DNA from: Isurus oxyrinchus | Taxonomy: Eukaryota | DNA: 64,000 nucleotides | Direction of reading: 5' to 3' | Assembly: GCA_026770705.1 (NCBI GenBank) | Contig: JANJGN010000053.1 | Span: 3,286,001 to 3,350,000 of the forward strand | Shown here: positions 59,961 to 64,000 of the stretch, piece after piece | Layout of the letters: every line of letters begins with the position of its first letter | Numbering within the stretch: the first letter of the stretch is position 1 | Made by a program: the position numbers and the translations under genes | The notes under the pieces: generated by a model | Databases searched by the model: none | Told to the model about the DNA's origin: nothing | Seen by the model: the letters and a program-made list of their open reading frames with translations, nothing else

Positions 59961-62900
59961 ACCTACTGAAACTGGTCACTCTCGTTGTCAAATTCAACTG
60001 TCAGTGAGTGGAGGAATTATTATTCTTCCTTGCTGATTGATTGTGCACAATCTGGAACTCTCCTATTAGCCCAGTTGAAACTTCATGGTGCCAGCGACCT
60101 GTGAGTGTATGTTTTTTTTTCCCAGAGCTGCTAAGTGATCCGATCATCACGAAGCTGTTCAGCAACATATACGTTCTCCTTCTAACAGTTAAAAGAGCGC
60201 CCGAGCACCGACGTGGATACTGAAAACATCAGCGTTAAGTGTATTGGGGAGACGGATTTATACCAACCAGATTTCTCTCCTGAAAAAAGCCACATGCATA
60301 TTTAGCCTTGTATTTCATGACAAATATTAACTATTTGGAAATATATAAAGGTGGAATCTTCATGAAGTTTTCAGGCATCAAGAAATGTGATTGCATTTGA
60401 TAGTGAGGAGGTTTCATAACAGGTCGATATCAACTGACTGGTAAGATGGTCAAAAAGTGCCAAATAGAATTCAACCCAGGGGAGAGCGATGTAATGCAGC
60501 TGGGGAGCTTGAACAGGTCGAAGGGAATACACAATTAATGAAGAGATAATTGGGAGGTATAGAGGAAGTGATGGACATTGGAGCAAATCTCCACCTATTC
60601 CCGAATGATACATGAAAGGCCGATGAGTTGTTTAAGAAGTCAAGTAGAATCATTTTGTTTATTAGACTAGGCATAACATACACTAGCAGGGAGGTGATGG
60701 TGGAGCTGTATCAAACATTAGTTAGGCCACAAATTGAGTACTGTGTACAGTCCTGGTCACCTCATGGAAATTACCAAGTTACAAATCGATGGTGGATTCT
60801 GGCATGATGAAATTGGATAGTCTGTGGTATCTGCTGCTAAAAATGGGAGCCAATGTTAGATAAAACTCGTCATCCCAGATTCAGCAGTGATCCTCATCAA
60901 TATTCCACAAAGCGAGATCTGACCGGAGGGATATGTTAACTTTTAACACAATTTAATTTTGAAGCCCGCTCAACTGAACAACACAGCAGAATCTTCGATG
61001 TATCTGTTGCATTTCACAAAATAACACTGCCCACCGCTCCCCTTGCCAATGTGCTTGAAAGGAGCGTCATACATCAACATTTAGAAGGAATGATAACACG
61101 GAGGTATTTTGGAAAATGACGATGTGTCTGGCCAAATGGGTAGATTTGAACGACTGTTTGAAAGAAGAGAGAGGAAAAGGAAGGCAGAGCTTAAGGGACG
61201 GAATTGCAGATGTCACGAACGTACAATAATTCTCATGACATTATTTTGATTTAATGTAAAAGTAGGTAATAGTAGGATTTGATTAGTTTCTCTGAGTGTA
61301 AGTAGGATTTAATTGACTTGGAGACAACTGGTCTGGAGGCTTTGACCTATCAAACGAAGGTAGGTTTGAAATGCGAAATGGGAAAACATGGCTGAAGTCT
61401 TAGAATGTGAGGTGTGCAGAATTTCCAGTTTTAGATAAATCACAGTAGTTTGAATTTCAAAGAGATGGTTGGATTTACACCTATCCAGAGAAGGCAACCA
61501 ATCAGCATGTTTATTTTTTCCAAACGTTCCTGATAATATTAGCACTATGATTAGCAGTATGATTCATAATATGAGAAAGGTAAAGTTCCAAGGACATATG
61601 GGAACAATATGGCTCACATTAAAAAGGACAAACATGTATAAAGGAGAACGAGGGCAGGGACGGCATTCTAAGGTCGACTGGAAGTGCAAAAAGCCTTGAG
61701 TATATGTGCATTAAGCCTGCTGTCTATACAAACCGAAGCTTGGAATAGCCACTTTGAATACTTCTGCCCAGGGTATTGTGTCGACTTGCTGGGGTCTGTT
61801 TAAATATATATTCTTTTACTGTTTCCTTAACGGTAGTGTAAGTGTGATGAGGTTAATTAGGACTTTTAGGAGTCAATATAGTAGTAATTTGCAGACCTAT
61901 GTTGCACTTGAAATCCTCTTACAGTTATTGCATGTTCGGTACAAAACATCAGACAATTACCTGGAACCGTTCGTTCATCATCTTCACGTCTTCAGCCATT
62001 TTCTAATCTCGTGGTCAATGCAGAAATTAAAGCCGCAATTCATCAAATCCTGCAGATCAGAAGGAAGCCTGTCGGACAATCTTCTCTGTGCCCATTCTTG
62101 GAAAGACCTGTCAATTTTGTTCTACAATCCAGCTTCCAAGTCACCCTGTAAATTAGTTCTCTTTAAATTCAGATTGAATGTCATTTCACCAACCTTTCAG
62201 ATAGTAAATCAATGCAGCGTGATTGCTGGGAATAAAAAAAAAACACATCCTGGAAATACTCAGCCAGTCAGGGGGCAGCCACAGAGGCAACAGAGTGAAC
62301 TGTGCAGGTCGATGATTTATCATCAGAAATAAAGAAAGACACAAATATATCAAGTTTTTAAAAATTGGAGAGCATGAAAGGGCAGGATGTACAAACGTGA
62401 ATGTCTGTGATGGTGGAAAGAAGGGGACAAATGTTTCTTGATGGAACATCTATAGAGAGTTATAACGGTTATGGTAAAGAATCAAAAGGTATGTCCAGAT
62501 GGGTTTGAGAATGGCTGCGTAGAAACCGTCCGAAGGTAACATGAAGGGGCAAAGATAGAAACGTGACGAAACTAAGCCTGTTAAACCCCATACGAAGTAA
62601 CATGGAGGCAGATGTTATGAAGGTTACAACAACGTGTAACAATGTCCGAAAAAAACTTTTAAGTTTACGTGCCGATATTAAGAAACTCGAATGGAACAAC
62701 ATTACATTTAGAGGTGTTCACTTAATGAAGCACTTTGATTTATTACAGGTTTAGCAGACCATTTGAGGAGATTGACTGTTTTATGTTACTGCACGTTATA
62801 CAAGAAAGATTGCGGAGGGTTAAATGGTGGATAGTTTTAATGATGGTCTGGGGCTGGCAGATCCATTAACATCCCTGCACTTATTGATTCCCACAATTTA

Positions 62901-63022
62901 AACGTTACTTCAAGTGAGCTGTATTGCTTTCAAGGGAACAGTATCACACTTTCCCCAAACAATCACCATAATAAATTATTTACCTACTCGTGAAATCCAT
63001 GTCTGTGCCTTTGGAGATTCCG
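59887..63022 (+). repeat. segmental duplication unit B, second copy (lacks about 48140-48875)
   Basis: Junction CTCCTTCT|AACAGTTAAAAGAGCGCCCGAGCACCG near 60183. Confidence 0.9.
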
Positions 63023-64000
63023 TTTTCAATTTCTGCAACTTAAGACCTCCCTGAAATAAATACACCCTTCAAAGCTTTGAAGGTCCAGTGCACAGACGAG
63101 GATAAAACGAATTGTCACGTCACACTCCACTGGCCCGGAGCGAATCGTTGATGCAAGTTGGAAGATATGTGACATTAAGCCAAAGGGCGGCAGCGGGTCT
63201 GTCTGTGAGGGAAATGCGCTGCAGTCAGTGAATTACCAAAGAAAGAAATGGAAAAAAATATAAACACTGTGAGGGCTCTTGTTCGACAGTGAAGGCAGCG
63301 ATGGGAAAAGCGTTCAATACAGTCCGGAGAGCATCAGGCATTTATTCCGAGGTCCCATGGCTCTTGTCCTAGTCCACGTGCAGCCCTTCGGGTCAACCGG
63401 CTTAGTCCCAGTGAAATTACAGTTTAACAAAAGCAATTAATGCTGACTGATACAAGAGAACAGAAGAGATGAATATGATTAATCGGTTTGTAAAAAAATA
63501 AAGATTTTTTTCTCGAAATTTCGGAGTCCTCGATCATTTTTAGGAATTATTTCTAGATTCCCAGCTGCTCTCCGTGTGATAAGTTCTTCTGGACTTTTCC
63601 CTTGATAGACCGAAACACTGCCGCTGTGAATTAGTGCCAGCAATATGTGCTGGTTCAACTCCATTCGTCTCGCCGGCGGAAGCAGTTTCTCCCTATTTCA
63701 TCTAACCCTAGATTCTAACTGGGTAGAAACCTCGATCAGGCCACCCTTCATTCCTCTTTTCTCAAGAGATTAGAAACACGTAGAAGATCTGTAAAGGGGG
63801 AAAAAGATGCAGACGGGGGGGATTGACACAAGGTGAATGTCTCTTTCAGCGAACCAGCAGACAGGACGGACACCTTCTCTGGTTTAGCCGTCCTGTAATT
63901 ATACAAATCAAGGATTAGCAGAGCAGAAATACTAAATTAACCAACTAAGCTCCGCAATCAGCACTGCTTCTAATCCATGCCAATGTAATCCTAGTGCTTC

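Noticed and set aside
61754-62332. 192-aa ORF as a host gene
   Set aside because: Spans LTR-like, spacer and PLE relics; the paralogous copy at about 50440-51010 is interrupted by stops.

Overview
Vertebrate, repeat-dense genomic DNA whose repeat families (Penelope/Poseidon-type elements, Deu-domain SINEs, CR1, L2, RTE, Tx1-clade LINEs) and GPR139-like GPCR paralogues look like a cartilaginous fish (shark); this attribution is an inference. No complete intact host protein-coding gene is visible. The window is a decaying tRNA-gene / GPR139-like-GPCR cluster built from segmental duplications. It holds one apparently intact tRNA-Ile(AAT), a near-intact tRNA-Asp(GTC), 6-7 tRNA pseudogenes, one orphan GPR139-like first exon and two inverted GPR139-like exon-2 pseudogenes. 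Two insertions stand out. (1) Two full-length, diverged Tx1-clade non-LTR retrotransposons sit head-to-tail (19020-33137), bounded and separated by three copies of the same 16-bp quasi-palindromic sequence about 170 bp downstream of a tRNA-Gly pseudogene, which suggests a target-site-specific family. (2) A very young Penelope-like element (43062-47334) has a 13-bp TSD, one 5-nt frameshift, and two minimal hammerhead ribozymes with a non-canonical CUGUCGA core; an older copy nearby has the canonical core. Boundaries of old repeats are approximate because all alignments were made by eye.
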